NCBI GenBank assembly: GCA_963845515.1
Contig: CAWJSR010000023.1
Span: 96,001-160,000, forward strand
Length of the DNA: 64,000 nt
DNA from: an uncultured delta proteobacterium
GTDB taxonomy: Bacteria > Myxococcota > Myxococcia > Myxococcales > Anaeromyxobacteraceae
Reading direction: 5' to 3'
In this document: positions 1 through 10,647 of the stretch, in pieces
Position numbering within the stretch: the first letter of the stretch is position 1
Layout of the letters: every line of letters starts with the position of its first letter
Program-made: the position numbers and the translations under genes
The notes under the pieces: model-generated
Told to the model about the DNA's origin: nothing
What the model saw: only the letters and a program-made list of their open reading frames with translations
Database searches by the model: none

Positions 1-14
1 GGAACCCCCCAGAC

Positions 15-1535
15 ATGAGCATGAGCCCAATCGAGCTGTCGGTCGTCGTTGCCTACGCGCTGCTGCTCGGCGTGCTCTCCGTGTACGGGGGCCACCGGTA
101 CTACATGGTGTACCTGTACTACCGGCACCAGTACCACCGGCCGACGGCGCCGCGCCGCTTCGAAGAGGGCGAGCTCCCGCGCGTCACCGTCCAGCTCCCC
201 ATCTTCAACGAGATGTACGTGATCGAGCGGCTCGTCGGCGCGGTCGCGAGCATCCGCTACCCCCGCCACCTGCTCGACGTCCAGATCCTCGACGACTCGA
301 CCGACGAGACGGTCGCCATCGCGCGCGCCTGCGCCGAGCGGTTTCGCGCCGACGGCCTCGACATCGTCCACATCCACCGCACCGACCGGACCGGCTTCAA
401 GGCGGGGGCGCTGGAGAACGGCCTCCGGACCGCCAAGGGGGAGCTGGTGGCGGTGTTCGACGCCGACTTCGTACCGGGCCCCGACTTCCTCGACCGGACG
501 GTCCACCAGTTCACCGACGCAGGCGTCGGCATGGTCCAGACCCGCTGGGAGCACATCAACGGCGACTACTCCCAGCTGACCCGGGTCCAGGCGATCCTGC
601 TCGACGGCCACTTCGTCGTCGAGCACACCGCGCGCAACCGCGCCGGCCGCTTCTTCAACTTCAACGGCACCGCGGGTATCTGGCGGCGCCAGGCGATCGA
701 CGACGCGGGGGGCTGGGAGCATGACACCCTCACGGAGGACTCCGACCTCTCCTACCGGTCGCAGGCGGCTGGCTGGCGCTTCGTCTACCTGAAGGACGTC
801 GTGGTGCCTGCCGAGCTGCCGGTCGAGATGACCGCGTTCAAGGCGCAGCAGCACCGGTGGGCGAAGGGGCTCATCCAGGTCGCGATGAAGCTCCTCCCCC
901 GGCTCCTCCGCTCCGACCTGCCGAGGGAGATCAAGAAGGAGGCCTTCTTCCACCTGACCTCCAACGTCGCCTTCCTGCTGATGATCCCGCTCGCCATCCT
1001 GCTGCCGGTGACGGTCGTCGTCCGGGTCTCGCACGGCGCGATGGAGGTGCTCCTCCTCGACCTCCCGTTCTTCGCCGCCGCCACCTTCAGCGTCGTCTTC
1101 TTCTACGCGGTCAGCCAGCGCGAGCTGGGGCGCCGCTGGTGGGAGTGGCTGCCGCGGATCCCGTTCGTCCTCGCGGTGGGGATCGGCCTCTCGATCAACA
1201 ACGCGCGCGCCGTGGTCGAGGCGCTGATGGGGTACCAGACCGCGTTCGTCCGCACCCCCAAGTTCGGCGTTAAGGCGCCCGGCGAGTCCGTCGGGCGCAA
1301 GCGCTACAAGGCGATGGTCAGCCTGCAGCCGCTCGTCGAGCTGGCGATGGCCTGCTACATGACGTACGGCGTCGTGTACCTGATCGAGCGCGAGGTCTAC
1401 TACTCGCTGCCGTTCCTGCTCCTCTTCCAGTTCGGCTTCGGCTACGTCGCGCTCCTCTCCATCTGGGAGCACGCCCGAGGCATGTTCGGCAGCAGGGTCA
1501 GGGTGGTGCCGCAGCCGGCGCCGACGGTCGAGTAG
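15..1535 (+). CDS. Processive GT2 glycosyltransferase (cellulose-synthase-like, CslA/CslC-related bacterial family)
   Basis: DDS, KAGAL, FDAD, TED and QQHRW (QxxRW) motifs; one N-terminal and several C-terminal TM helices. Confidence 0.9.
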   Translation: MSMSPIELSVVVAYALLLGVLSVYGGHRYYMVYLYYRHQYHRPTAPRRFEEGELPRVTVQLPIFNEMYVIERLVGAVASIRYPRHLLDVQILDDSTDETVAIARACAERFRADGLDIVHIHRTDRTGFKAGALENGLRTAKGELVAVFDADFVPGPDFLDRTVHQFTDAGVGMVQTRWEHINGDYSQLTRVQAILLDGHFVVEHTARNRAGRFFNFNGTAGIWRRQAIDDAGGWEHDTLTEDSDLSYRSQAAGWRFVYLKDVVVPAELPVEMTAFKAQQHRWAKGLIQVAMKLLPRLLRSDLPREIKKEAFFHLTSNVAFLLMIPLAILLPVTVVVRVSHGAMEVLLLDLPFFAAATFSVVFFYAVSQRELGRRWWEWLPRIPFVLAVGIGLSINNARAVVEALMGYQTAFVRTPKFGVKAPGESVGRKRYKAMVSLQPLVELAMACYMTYGVVYLIEREVYYSLPFLLLFQFGFGYVALLSIWEHARGMFGSRVRVVPQPAPTVE

Positions 1536-1570
1536 AGCCCTCTGCCGGTGAGGGAGCGGCGTTCGACGCC

Positions 1571-3136
1571 CTACTTCACGCCCTCGTCCTCGTCGTCCGG
1601 GAAGTACTTCCTGGCGCAGTCCGGGCAGATGCCGTGCGTGAACTGGGCCTCCGAGCGCTCCCGGATGAACGTCTCGATCCGGTTCCAGTAGCCCCGATCG
1701 TCGCGGATCTTCTTGCAGTGGGCGCAGATGGGGAGCAGCCCCCTGAGCGTCTTCACGTCGGCGAGGGCCGCCTTCAGCTCGCCTATCAGCCGCTCGCGCT
1801 CCACCTCTGACTGCTTGCGCTCCGTGATGTCCTGGATGAAGCCGATGACGGCGGGGCCATCTGCGAGCTCGACCTTCGCGTCGGTCACCGCCGCCAGGAA
1901 CGAGGTGCCGTCCGGGCGCAGCAGCGTGACCTCCATGGTCGCCTCCACGGCCTCGCCGCGCATCCGCCGCTCGATCCGCTCGGCGGTCCGGTCCGCGTCC
2001 GCGGGTGGCACGCTGTCGACGATCGAGCGTCCGGCCGCCACGGCGGCGCTCGGGAGGCCGAACGCCTTCACGAACGCGGGGTTCACGTAGACGACCTCGG
2101 TGCCGCGCGTCGCAGCGACCGCGATCGGCGCTCCCTCCACGAGCGCCCGGAAGCTCTGCTCGCTCTCGCGCCTCCACGACCGGAGCAGGTACCATGTGGC
2201 GGCGAGGGTCAGCAGGACGAAGAGACCGGAGGCTGCCCCCGTCCGCACGGCCTCCGCGCGCCAGGGCGCCAGGAACTCCTCCGAGCCGGCGGCGACCAGG
2301 AGGTTGAACGTCCCGCCAGCGACGGCACGGAAGCTGGTGACCCTCTCGGTCTGGTCGACCGGACTCATCCCGACGAAGGTGGCCTCGGTCTTCCCGGAGG
2401 CGATGACCTCCCTGAGGTTCCCGGTGACCTGCCGCTTCCCGATGGCGCTCGCCACGTCGCCTCGCTCGGGGAAGCGAGCGACGAGCGCGAGGTCCCTGTC
2501 CCGCAGCGCGACCACGACGTCGCTGCCCATGTCCACCGACGAGAGGGTCTTGGTGAACCGGTCCAGCCCGATGACCGCGTAGACCAGCCCGTCGAAGGTG
2601 CCGTCTGGAAGCTCCAGCCGCCGCCCCACGGCGATCGACCGCTTGCCGGTGATCCGGGAGACGAGCGGCGTCGAGACGATCATGCCGGCGCCGCGGTGCT
2701 CCTTCGCCGCGATGAAGTAGTCCCGGTCGGCGATCTCGACGGTCGGGTCGGCTGGGACCCCGGGGCCCTCCTCCACGCGGCCGTTGCCGTCGGCGGTGCG
2801 GATCCCGTCGAGGAGCGGGATCTCGGACTGGAACCTGGTGAGGATGGCCGCCACCTGCGAGGAGGTGTGCGCGCCACGCGAGCGCCCGTCCTCGATCTCG
2901 GCGGTGACCGCGACCAGCCCGAGGTCGATGAGCCGGATCGTCCCCTCCAGGTTCTCGGCGAGCACGCGCGCGAGGCTCTGAGTGGTCCGCTTCGCGAGCG
3001 CGTAAGCGGCGCTGCGCGACTCGACCACCGACCGCCACGCCGCGGCTACCACGACGAGGTCGATCACCAGGATCGCGAAGGCGACGCCGCGCGCCGTGCG
3101 GGAGCGGAAGCGGGGTCGCTTGAGGTCGCCAGTCAA
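1571..3136 (-). CDS. Membrane sensor: TM-dCache-TM-PAS with C-terminal Cys-rich (CxxC...HGxCxxC) domain
   Basis: DRDYF Cache motif, PAS ending in DITERK, coiled coil, then LPICAHCKKIRDD...THGICPDC; no kinase or GGDEF domain. Confidence 0.8.
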   Translation of the reverse strand: MTGDLKRPRFRSRTARGVAFAILVIDLVVVAAAWRSVVESRSAAYALAKRTTQSLARVLAENLEGTIRLIDLGLVAVTAEIEDGRSRGAHTSSQVAAILTRFQSEIPLLDGIRTADGNGRVEEGPGVPADPTVEIADRDYFIAAKEHRGAGMIVSTPLVSRITGKRSIAVGRRLELPDGTFDGLVYAVIGLDRFTKTLSSVDMGSDVVVALRDRDLALVARFPERGDVASAIGKRQVTGNLREVIASGKTEATFVGMSPVDQTERVTSFRAVAGGTFNLLVAAGSEEFLAPWRAEAVRTGAASGLFVLLTLAATWYLLRSWRRESEQSFRALVEGAPIAVAATRGTEVVYVNPAFVKAFGLPSAAVAAGRSIVDSVPPADADRTAERIERRMRGEAVEATMEVTLLRPDGTSFLAAVTDAKVELADGPAVIGFIQDITERKQSEVERERLIGELKAALADVKTLRGLLPICAHCKKIRDDRGYWNRIETFIRERSEAQFTHGICPDCARKYFPDDEDEGVK

Positions 3137-3221
3137 TGGGGGTCCACGCCGAAGGGTGACCAGCTGACTACACTACGAAACCGGCCCGGAATCGAGAGCC
3201 CACGTCCGCTGCGTCAGGGTG

Positions 3222-3731
3222 TCACTTCGGGGGGTCGAGCCGCTTCTCGAGCAGCGTCACGCCGCGGTCCACGCGCGCGGCGGTCTCGTAGCCCATCCGC
3301 TCCCAGAAGTCGCGGGCCTCGGGGTGCTCGTCGCAGACGGCGAGGGTGACGATCGCCAGCCCCCGCTCGCGCAGCCGCTCCTCGGTGGCGCGCACGAGCT
3401 CGGATCCCAGCCCCATCCCCTGCAGCCCTTCACGGAGGAGCAGGAGCACGACGTGGGCCGTGTCGGGGCCGCCACGCGCGAGGTCGAGGTCGAGGAGCCC
3501 CACGGCCCTGCCGCCCGCGCGAAGCCGAAGCAGCAGCACCCGCCGCGTCGCGTCGGCCTCCGCCTCCTCCAGCAGCCGCTCCGCCGTGTCCGGTTCGGCG
3601 CCGCAGCCCTGGAGCCGCTCGAAGTAGTCGGGAGCGCCGTCCAGGCAGGCCTGCAGAGCGCCCATGTCGTCGCGCCCTGCCGGGTGGGCGACGAGCCGCG
3701 CGGTCTCGATCCGGAGGTCCAGGGGGCTCAC
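3222..3731 (-). CDS. GNAT-family N-acetyltransferase
   Basis: QGMGLG acetyl-CoA motif and FWERMGY; GTG start overlaps the stop of the upstream HAD gene (GTGA). Confidence 0.8.
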   Translation of the reverse strand: MSPLDLRIETARLVAHPAGRDDMGALQACLDGAPDYFERLQGCGAEPDTAERLLEEAEADATRRVLLLRLRAGGRAVGLLDLDLARGGPDTAHVVLLLLREGLQGMGLGSELVRATEERLRERGLAIVTLAVCDEHPEARDFWERMGYETAARVDRGVTLLEKRLDPPK

Positions 3732-4434
3732 GCTCCCATCAGCAGCGGCAGCGCCTCTGGCGAGGCGAGCGAGGTGACGATCCACTCGGCGCCCGCGTCG
3801 CGGAGCTCCTGGACGGAGAAGCGGCCGGTGGCGACGCCGAGGACGGGGCAGCCGTGGAGGTGGGCGGCGTAGACGTCGCGAGGGGTGTCGCCCACTATGA
3901 GCGCCTCGCCCGCCGCCACCGGGCGGCCGAGCCTGGCCGAGGCCCTGCGCAGGGCGGCGGCCACGACGTCCTCGCGCGCCTCGCCGTCGGCCGCGAAGCC
4001 GGCGATGGCCAGCGCGTCCCACTCGAAGTACCGGTCGAGCCCCGCGTGGGTGAGCTTCACCCGCGCGCCGTCCGCCACGTTCCCGGTGCAGAGGCCGAAC
4101 GGGCGCCCCGCGTCGCGCAGCGCCGCGAGCGTCTCCCCGGCTGCGGGAAGGACCTTGAACCCCGGGCCGTGGATCTCCCCCGGAGGTGCTCGACGTAGCG
4201 CCCGAGGAGGTCGTCGCAGAGCGCGTCGGTGTGCGGCTTCCCGAGGATCGTCAGCGCTTCGCGGACGATGAGCCGGTCGGTCATGCCGTCGAGCCGCATG
4301 TCCCGCAGGGCGCCGTCGAAGGGGCCGACGAAGTCGGCCACCGCGCGCTCGAAGGCGCGCCGGCCGGCGCCACCCGCGCTCACCAGGGTCCCGTCGATGT
4401 CCCAGAGGACGACCTGGATCCGCCGCGCCGTCAC
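3728..4434 (-). CDS. HAD-superfamily hydrolase (phosphoglycolate phosphatase-like); apparent frameshift near 4140-4190
   Basis: WDIDGTL motif I in one frame, VGDTPRD motif IV in another; span of 707 nt is not a multiple of 3. Confidence 0.8.
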
Positions 4435-5789
4435 GCGAAGAGCGCCTCCACGAAGGCGTCCGGGTCGAAGGGCTTCAGGTCGCCGACCGCCTCCCCGATG
4501 CCGACGTAGCGGACGGGGATCTGGAGCTCGTCGCAGATGCCGATGACGACCCCTCCCTTGGCGGTGCCGTCGAGCTTGGTGAGGACGAGCCCCGTGACGC
4601 CGAGCGCCTCGTGGAACTGGCGCGCCTGCGCGATCCCGTTCTGGCCGGTCGTGGAGTCGAGGACGAGGAGCGTCTCGTGAGGCGCGCCGGGAGCCGCCTT
4701 GGCCACGACCCGCTTCACCTTCCTCAGCTCCTCCATGAGCGGGGCCTTGGTGTGCAGCCGGCCGGCGGTGTCGCAGAGGACGACGTCCACCTTCTCGGCG
4801 GCGCCGCGCTGGACCGCCTCGAAGCAGACGCTGGCGGGATCGCCCCCCTCCTTGCCGCGGACGATGGGGGCCGAGACGCGCTCCGCCCAGATCTCGAGCT
4901 GCTCTCCGGCGGCGGCGCGGAACGTGTCGCCCGCGCCGAGGAGGACCGAGTGGCCCGCCCCCTTCAGCTTGGCGGCCAGCTTGCCGATGGTGGTCGTCTT
5001 CCCCGAGCCGTTCACGCCGACCACGAGCACCACCCACGGGCGGGCGTCGCCCACCGTGAGGGGCTGCTCGCCGGTCAGCTTCCCGTCCAGCGAAAGGATC
5101 CGGCGGATCTCCGTCCTCAGCGCGGCGCGCACCTTGTCCGCGTCGTGCAGCTCCTTCGAGCGGACGCGCTCGCGCACCGACTCCAGGAGCCGGCTGGCCG
5201 TCTTGACGCCGATGTCGGCCGTGAAGAGGACCTCCTCCAGGTCGGCCAGGATCGACTCGTCGACCGGCTTTCCGCCGCCCAGCAGGGCGGAGAGGCGGGC
5301 GACGAAGCCCCCGCGGGTCTTCTCGAGCCCGGCGGCGAGCGTCTTTCCCGCCTCGGCGGCGACCTTCTTGCGGTCCTCCTCCTCGGCGCGGCGGCGGGCC
5401 TCCTCCGCCTCGCGCGCGGCGCGGGCGGCCGCCTCGCGAGCGAGCCGCTCCGCCTCCTCGCGCTCCCGGGCCCTGCGCTCCTTCTCGAGCCGCTCGGCCT
5501 CCTTCTTCGCCGCGTACTCGGCCTTCCTGCGCGCCTCGACCTGCTCGGCGGTCTCGCCGGACGGGGGAGGGGGCGCGACGACCTTCGGGCGCGGGGATGC
5601 GGCGGGGGCGGCTGGCGCGGCGGCTTCCTGGTGGCGTGGCACGGCCCCCTGCCTCGGGGCAGGTGCCACGCTCCCCGGCGCACGCTTCTTCCGTGCGAGC
5701 CGGACCGCGGCCGCGATCACCAGGAGGCCGATTGCGGCCAGGACACCGACGCCGACGGCGTCGTTGGCGGAGAGGTCGAGCAGGGACAT
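4431..5789 (-). CDS. ftsY: Signal recognition particle receptor FtsY with N-terminal TM helix
   Basis: [32 protein letters not shown]. Confidence 0.97.
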   Translation of the reverse strand: MSLLDLSANDAVGVGVLAAIGLLVIAAAVRLARKKRAPGSVAPAPRQGAVPRHQEAAAPAAPAASPRPKVVAPPPPSGETAEQVEARRKAEYAAKKEAERLEKERRAREREEAERLAREAAARAAREAEEARRRAEEEDRKKVAAEAGKTLAAGLEKTRGGFVARLSALLGGGKPVDESILADLEEVLFTADIGVKTASRLLESVRERVRSKELHDADKVRAALRTEIRRILSLDGKLTGEQPLTVGDARPWVVLVVGVNGSGKTTTIGKLAAKLKGAGHSVLLGAGDTFRAAAGEQLEIWAERVSAPIVRGKEGGDPASVCFEAVQRGAAEKVDVVLCDTAGRLHTKAPLMEELRKVKRVVAKAAPGAPHETLLVLDSTTGQNGIAQARQFHEALGVTGLVLTKLDGTAKGGVVIGICDELQIPVRYVGIGEAVGDLKPFDPDAFVEALFA

Positions 5790-5822
5790 CGGTTGGGGAA
5801 ACCTCCGGCCGGGAAGTCGCTG

Positions 5823-5851
5823 GGTATAGGTCTCCCAGCCGGGGGTGTCAA
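5823..5851 (-). promoter_or_regulatory. Putative sigma70 promoter of ftsY
   Basis: TTGACA-N17-TATACC on the minus strand just upstream of the ftsY start. Confidence 0.6.
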
Positions 5852-5858
5852 CGCAGCC

Positions 5859-6803
5859 CTACCGGCGCCACTGGACCCAGACGCGCCTGTGGCAGCCGTG
5901 GCACCGGCCGTGCGGCGCGAGGCGGGGGACGGCGACGGAGGCGCCGCAGGCCGGGCAGTCGAGCCGGGTTCGGGTGACCGCGCGCCAGAGGATGACGAGC
6001 CCGGTGAGCGCGACCATCCCGAGCAGGAAGAGGTTCCGGCCGGCGTTCGGATCGACGCAGGCGCCGGGCGGCAGGACTGCGCAGGCGACCACGCTCGCCG
6101 CGCCGTCGATGGCCAGGAAGATGGAAGGCGGGACGGTGGCGACGCCGAGGACCACCACCGCGACCTCGCTGAAGGTGAAGGGCTTTCGACGTGCGAGGTA
6201 GACCACTCCTCCGGCGATCGCGCCCCAGCCCTCGAGCGCCGGGATCGGGGAGAGTGGCGAGGAGGCGGCCTCGCGCAGCGAGCCGACGTCGAGGCCGGGC
6301 ACCGGCGCCTGGGGAGGGACCAGGGCGCGGATCCGATCGGCTGCGGCGCGCGCCTCGGAGTCCGAGAGGACCGACGGGTCGAGCTTGTGGAGCACGGACT
6401 CGCGCGCAAGGTACCAGGCGGCCACCGCGCGGCTGGCGATCTCCTCCCAGGCCCTGTTGGCCCTGCTCGCCGCCTCCTTCAGGTCCGCCGCCTCCCCCGC
6501 TTGCCTGCCGAAGCCGAGCGGCCGCAGCAGGAGGCGGGCGGGCACGAGCGCGAAGTAGAGCGACGCGAACGCCAGGAACATCACGAGCAGGAACGGGCTC
6601 GGACCGGCCCTGGCGATGACGGCCGCCATGGCAGCGAGCATCACGGCCGCGACCCCGAGCCCGGTCACCGAGACGGGTCTCACGGCGCCGGGGACCTCGC
6701 CGGGCCGCTCTACGAGGAGGCCGCGGACGGCGTCGTCCCACGCGGTCATCCACGCGAGGTGGCGAGACGCTTGCGTTCCAGATCCTGCGACGTTCCGTGA
6801 CAC
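5859..6803 (-). CDS. Hypothetical membrane protein with C-terminal zinc-ribbon-like CPAC...CHGC
   Basis: Fills the gap between smc and ftsY on the same strand; 4-5 hydrophobic segments; paired CxxC motifs; start uncertain. Confidence 0.6.
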   Translation of the reverse strand: MSRNVAGSGTQASRHLAWMTAWDDAVRGLLVERPGEVPGAVRPVSVTGLGVAAVMLAAMAAVIARAGPSPFLLVMFLAFASLYFALVPARLLLRPLGFGRQAGEAADLKEAASRANRAWEEIASRAVAAWYLARESVLHKLDPSVLSDSEARAAADRIRALVPPQAPVPGLDVGSLREAASSPLSPIPALEGWGAIAGGVVYLARRKPFTFSEVAVVVLGVATVPPSIFLAIDGAASVVACAVLPPGACVDPNAGRNLFLLGMVALTGLVILWRAVTRTRLDCPACGASVAVPRLAPHGRCHGCHRRVWVQWRR

Positions 6804-6836
6804 CAGCGTTCCTCGCGACGAGTGTGCGCCAGGAGC

Positions 6837-9800
6837 CTAGGCGGCCGAGGCTTCGCGCGCCCGCTCGGAGAGGCGCACGCTCACCAGCTTGGAGACGCCC
6901 GGCTCTTCCATGGTCACCCCGTAGAGCGTGTCGACCATCTCCATGGTCCGCTTGTTGTGGGTGATCAGGATGAACTGGGAGGTAGAGGACATCTCCCTGA
7001 CGATCTCGTTGTACCTGCCCACGTTCGCGTCGTCGAGGGGCGCGTCGACCTCGTCCAGGAGGCAGAACGGGGTGGGCTTGATGAGGAAGATCGCGAAGAT
7101 GAGCGCGACTGCCGTGAGCGCCTTCTCGCCGCCGGACAACAGATTCACGCTCTGCAGCTTCTTGCCGGGGGGCTGCGAGAAGATCTCGACGCCCCCCTCG
7201 CCGTCGCCGCCGTCGTCCTGGGTGAGGACGAGCCCGGCGCGTCCCCCGTTGAACAGGCGCGGGAAGACCTGCTGGAACTTCTCGTTGACCCGGTCGAAGG
7301 TCTCGCGGAACCGGTCGCGGCTGGCGCGGTTGATCTTGACGATCGCCTGCTTGAGGTCGGCGAGCGACGCCTCCAGGTCCTTCTTCTGGTCTCCGAGGAA
7401 GGCGTGGCGGCGCGCGAGGTCGTCGTACTCCTCGATGGCGGTCAGGTTGATGGCCCCCATCCTGTCCGCCTGCCCCTTCAGCTCGTCGAGCCGGTCGCGC
7501 TCGGCGTCGCCTGGCGGGCGCTCGAGGTGGAAGCGGGCGACCTCCAGCTTGAGCTCGACCTGGCAGCGCTCGCGCGTCTGCTCCTCCAGGTGGGCCAGCG
7601 CCAGCGCCTGCTCGCGCCCCGTGAGCGCGGCCTCGGAGGCGTCGTGGTTCGCCTCCTCGGCGCGCCGGCGGATGTCGCGGATCTCGGCGTCGCGAGCGCG
7701 CGTGGAGACCGACACCTGCTCGTGTGCGGCGCGCGCGGCGGCGAGCGCCTCGCGGACCTGGGCGAGGTCCGACTCCAGGCGGTCCAGATCGAGCCGGCTC
7801 CCCTCGACGCGGCCCCGCAGCTCACCGGCACGGCCGTTCTGCTCCGTGAGGGTGGCGAAGAGCCTGGCGCGCCGCTCGTCGACCTCGCGCCGGGACTCGT
7901 CGACGCGCCTGAGCGAGTTCCCGATCGCCTCGCGCCGCTCGGCGTCCGCGGCCACCTTCACCTTCAGGTTGAGCTGCTCGGCGGTGAGCCCCTCGCTCCG
8001 CTGCTTGAGGGCGTCGATCCGCTCGTTCAGCTCGCGGGTCCGCTCCTCGACGCGGGACTGCTCGGCCTCGGCGGTGGCGGCGCCGAGCCGGTGCTCCTCC
8101 TCCTCGCGTGCGAGGCCGGTGAGCCCCTCGTCCAGCTGGGCGCGCTCGGCCTCGAGCTGGCCGATCCGCTCGGCGACGCGCTCGAGCTCCTCGCCGAGCC
8201 GCGCCAGGTCCTTCTCCTGGTCGCGCAGCGCGAGGTCCTTCTCGTGGCCGTCCTTGTCGAGCGACTTGAGCGCCGACTCGAGCTGGAGGAGCCGCGCCTG
8301 CAGCGTGCGGTGACGCTCCTGGGCGAGGGCGAACTCGGCCTCGAAGGCGCGGACGATCTCCTCCAGCTCTGCCACCTCGCGGCGGCGCTGCAGCGCGCCG
8401 TGCCCCTCGCCCTCGAGCGGCCCGCCGGTGACGACGCCCCACGGGTCGAGCACCTCGCCGTCGAGCGTGACGAGCGTCCGCTTCTGCGCGGACGACTGCC
8501 AGATCTCCAGCGCGCTCGGCAGGTCGCGGACGATCACGGCGTCGGAGAGGAGGAACCGGGCGACCTTGTCGTAGGACGGGTCGAAGGTGACGACGTCGAG
8601 GCAGGCCGCGACGAAGCCGGGGTGGTTCCGGTCGATCTCGGGCGGGGCCTCCGTGGAGTCGACGAGCCGCGCCATCGGGATGAGCGAGGCGCGCCCCTCC
8701 GCGGCGGTCTTCAGGTAGTCGATCGCCTCGACCCCCTGCGAGTGGCTCTCGACGATGACGTACTGGAGCCGCTCGCCCAGCACGGCCTCGACGGCGGTCT
8801 CGTACTCGGGCGGCGCGCCGACGACGTCGGCCACCAGCCCGAAGATGCCGCGGTCGCGTCCCTCGGCCTGGCCCGCGCGGGTCATCAGGCTCCGTACCCC
8901 GCGGCCGTAGCCCTCGTAGTTGCGGACGATCTCGAGGAGGCTGTGGAGGCGCGAGCGCTTCTCGGCCAGCTCCTCACGGAGGGTGATGAGCTTGGCCTCG
9001 TTCTGGATGAACTCGGAGCGGGTCCTGTCGAGCAGCTCCTCCTGCGCCCCGCGCTGCTCCTCGAGCCGAAGCTTGAGCTGCCGGGTCTGGCCCAGCTTCT
9101 CGACGTGCTGCGTGCGCGAGCCGTCGAGGTTGGTGGCGCGGTGCGCCAGGTCGTCGACCTCTGCCCGGTTCTTCTGGTGGCGGGACCGGAGGTCCAGGCG
9201 CTGCCGCTCGATCTGGGCCAGCTGCGTCTTGGCGGAGGCGGCGCGGGAGAGGGCGCCGGAGCCCTCGCCGCGGATCCGGTCGAGCTCCGCCTGTGCCTGG
9301 CCCTGCTCGATGGCGAGCGACCGCAGCGCCGCCTCCGCCTCCGCGAGCCGGCCGTCGTCGGCGCCGGCGAGCCCCTGGAGCTCGTCGCGCTGCTGCTCGA
9401 GTGCCTCGCGCTCCTGCGAGAGGGCCTCGGCCTGCGCCTTGAGCGCCTCGACCTCGTCGGCCTGGGCGCGGGACCGGTCCGCGATCTGCTCGAGCTCGCG
9501 GGCGGCGGCCTCCACCGAGACCTCGTTGACCCTGGCGGCGCTCTCGAGCTCGTGCTCCTGCGCCGTCAGCTCCTGGAGGCGCGCCTCGCCCTCGGCGAGC
9601 CGGCCGCGGTCGGCCTCGGTGGCGGCCTCCAGCTCGACGATCCGGGCCGCCAGCTCGGCGGCCTCGCGGGCGAGCCCGGCGTGGCGCTCCTCGGCGGCGC
9701 GGCGCGTCGCGGTCAGCTCGAGGAAGCGCGCCGCTGCGGCGCGGAGCTCGAGCTCGCGGATCTCCGCCTTGATCGCCTTGTACTTCTCGGCGCGGCGGGC

Positions 9801-10436
9801 CTGGCGGTTGAGGCTCTCCAGCTGCTTCCCCAGCTCCTGGACGATGTCTGCGACGCGCGTCAGGTTCTGGTGCGTCGCCTCCATCTTCCGCTCGGCCGCC
9901 TCGCGGCGCTTCTTGTACTTCGTGATGCCGGCCGCCTCCTCGATGATGGCGCGCCGATCCTCGGGGCGGGCGGACACGATCTGGCCGATGCGCCCCTGCT
10001 CGATGATCGAGTAGGCGGTGCGCCCGACGCCGGAGCCGAAGAAGATCTCGTTCACGTCCAGCAGCCGCGCCGGGACGCCGTTGACGATGTACTCCGACTC
10101 GCCCGTGCGGAAGAGGCGGCGCCCGACGGTGATCTCGCCGAAGCCCTGGAACGCCGCGGGGAGCTCGCTCGGCCGGTCGTTGACGAAGGTGAGCATCACC
10201 TCGGCCATCGACAGCGGCGGCTTGGTCTCCGAGCCGTTGAAGATCACGTCCTCCATCGAGCGGCCGCGAAGCTGGCGCGCCGACTGCTCCCCGAGGACCC
10301 AGCGGATGGAGTCGGCCACGTTCGACTTTCCGCAGCCGTTCGGCCCGACGACGCCCGTCACCCCATCGTCGAAGACGACGGTGGTCCGGTCCATGAATGA
10401 CTTGAACCCGACGACATCGAGCCGCTTGATCCGCAT
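6837..10436 (-). CDS. smc: Chromosome segregation protein SMC
   Basis: MRIKRL..GFKSF, GPNGCGKSN Walker A, hinge, LSGGEK signature, LDEVDAPLD; start set at ATG 10436. Confidence 0.97.
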   Translation of the reverse strand: MRIKRLDVVGFKSFMDRTTVVFDDGVTGVVGPNGCGKSNVADSIRWVLGEQSARQLRGRSMEDVIFNGSETKPPLSMAEVMLTFVNDRPSELPAAFQGFGEITVGRRLFRTGESEYIVNGVPARLLDVNEIFFGSGVGRTAYSIIEQGRIGQIVSARPEDRRAIIEEAAGITKYKKRREAAERKMEATHQNLTRVADIVQELGKQLESLNRQARRAEKYKAIKAEIRELELRAAAARFLELTATRRAAEERHAGLAREAAELAARIVELEAATEADRGRLAEGEARLQELTAQEHELESAARVNEVSVEAAARELEQIADRSRAQADEVEALKAQAEALSQEREALEQQRDELQGLAGADDGRLAEAEAALRSLAIEQGQAQAELDRIRGEGSGALSRAASAKTQLAQIERQRLDLRSRHQKNRAEVDDLAHRATNLDGSRTQHVEKLGQTRQLKLRLEEQRGAQEELLDRTRSEFIQNEAKLITLREELAEKRSRLHSLLEIVRNYEGYGRGVRSLMTRAGQAEGRDRGIFGLVADVVGAPPEYETAVEAVLGERLQYVIVESHSQGVEAIDYLKTAAEGRASLIPMARLVDSTEAPPEIDRNHPGFVAACLDVVTFDPSYDKVARFLLSDAVIVRDLPSALEIWQSSAQKRTLVTLDGEVLDPWGVVTGGPLEGEGHGALQRRREVAELEEIVRAFEAEFALAQERHRTLQARLLQLESALKSLDKDGHEKDLALRDQEKDLARLGEELERVAERIGQLEAERAQLDEGLTGLAREEEEHRLGAATAEAEQSRVEERTRELNERIDALKQRSEGLTAEQLNLKVKVAADAERREAIGNSLRRVDESRREVDERRARLFATLTEQNGRAGELRGRVEGSRLDLDRLESDLAQVREALAAARAAHEQVSVSTRARDAEIRDIRRRAEEANHDASEAALTGREQALALAHLEEQTRERCQVELKLEVARFHLERPPGDAERDRLDELKGQADRMGAINLTAIEEYDDLARRHAFLGDQKKDLEASLADLKQAIVKINRASRDRFRETFDRVNEKFQQVFPRLFNGGRAGLVLTQDDGGDGEGGVEIFSQPPGKKLQSVNLLSGGEKALTAVALIFAIFLIKPTPFCLLDEVDAPLDDANVGRYNEIVREMSSTSQFILITHNKRTMEMVDTLYGVTMEEPGVSKLVSVRLSERAREASAA

Positions 10437-10647
10437 GGCCGGAGGGGTAGCACACCCCATGGGCCGTTTCAATCCAAGCCTATGATCACACGGGGTTTTA
10501 TGCTCGGTCACCCCCCTGTTTGGATGGCCCCCAGAAGAATTCGCCCATCAATACGCGGCGTTGCGTGACGTGCGATGTATCGTCACCAGAGCGGCTGCCG
10601 GACCCTTTTTTCCTGACCCCGTCCCAATCATCTAGACTCGACGCGCG

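Noticed and set aside
6822..10400. 1192-aa plus-strand ORF and similar long antisense or alternate-frame ORFs (e.g. 20237-23275, 4611-6800, 37221-39737)
   Set aside because: Shadow ORFs of real genes caused by high GC3 and stop-codon scarcity; no motifs.
10437..10647. AT-richer smc/MCP intergenic region as an ncRNA
   Set aside because: No recognisable RNA motif; consistent with divergent promoters.
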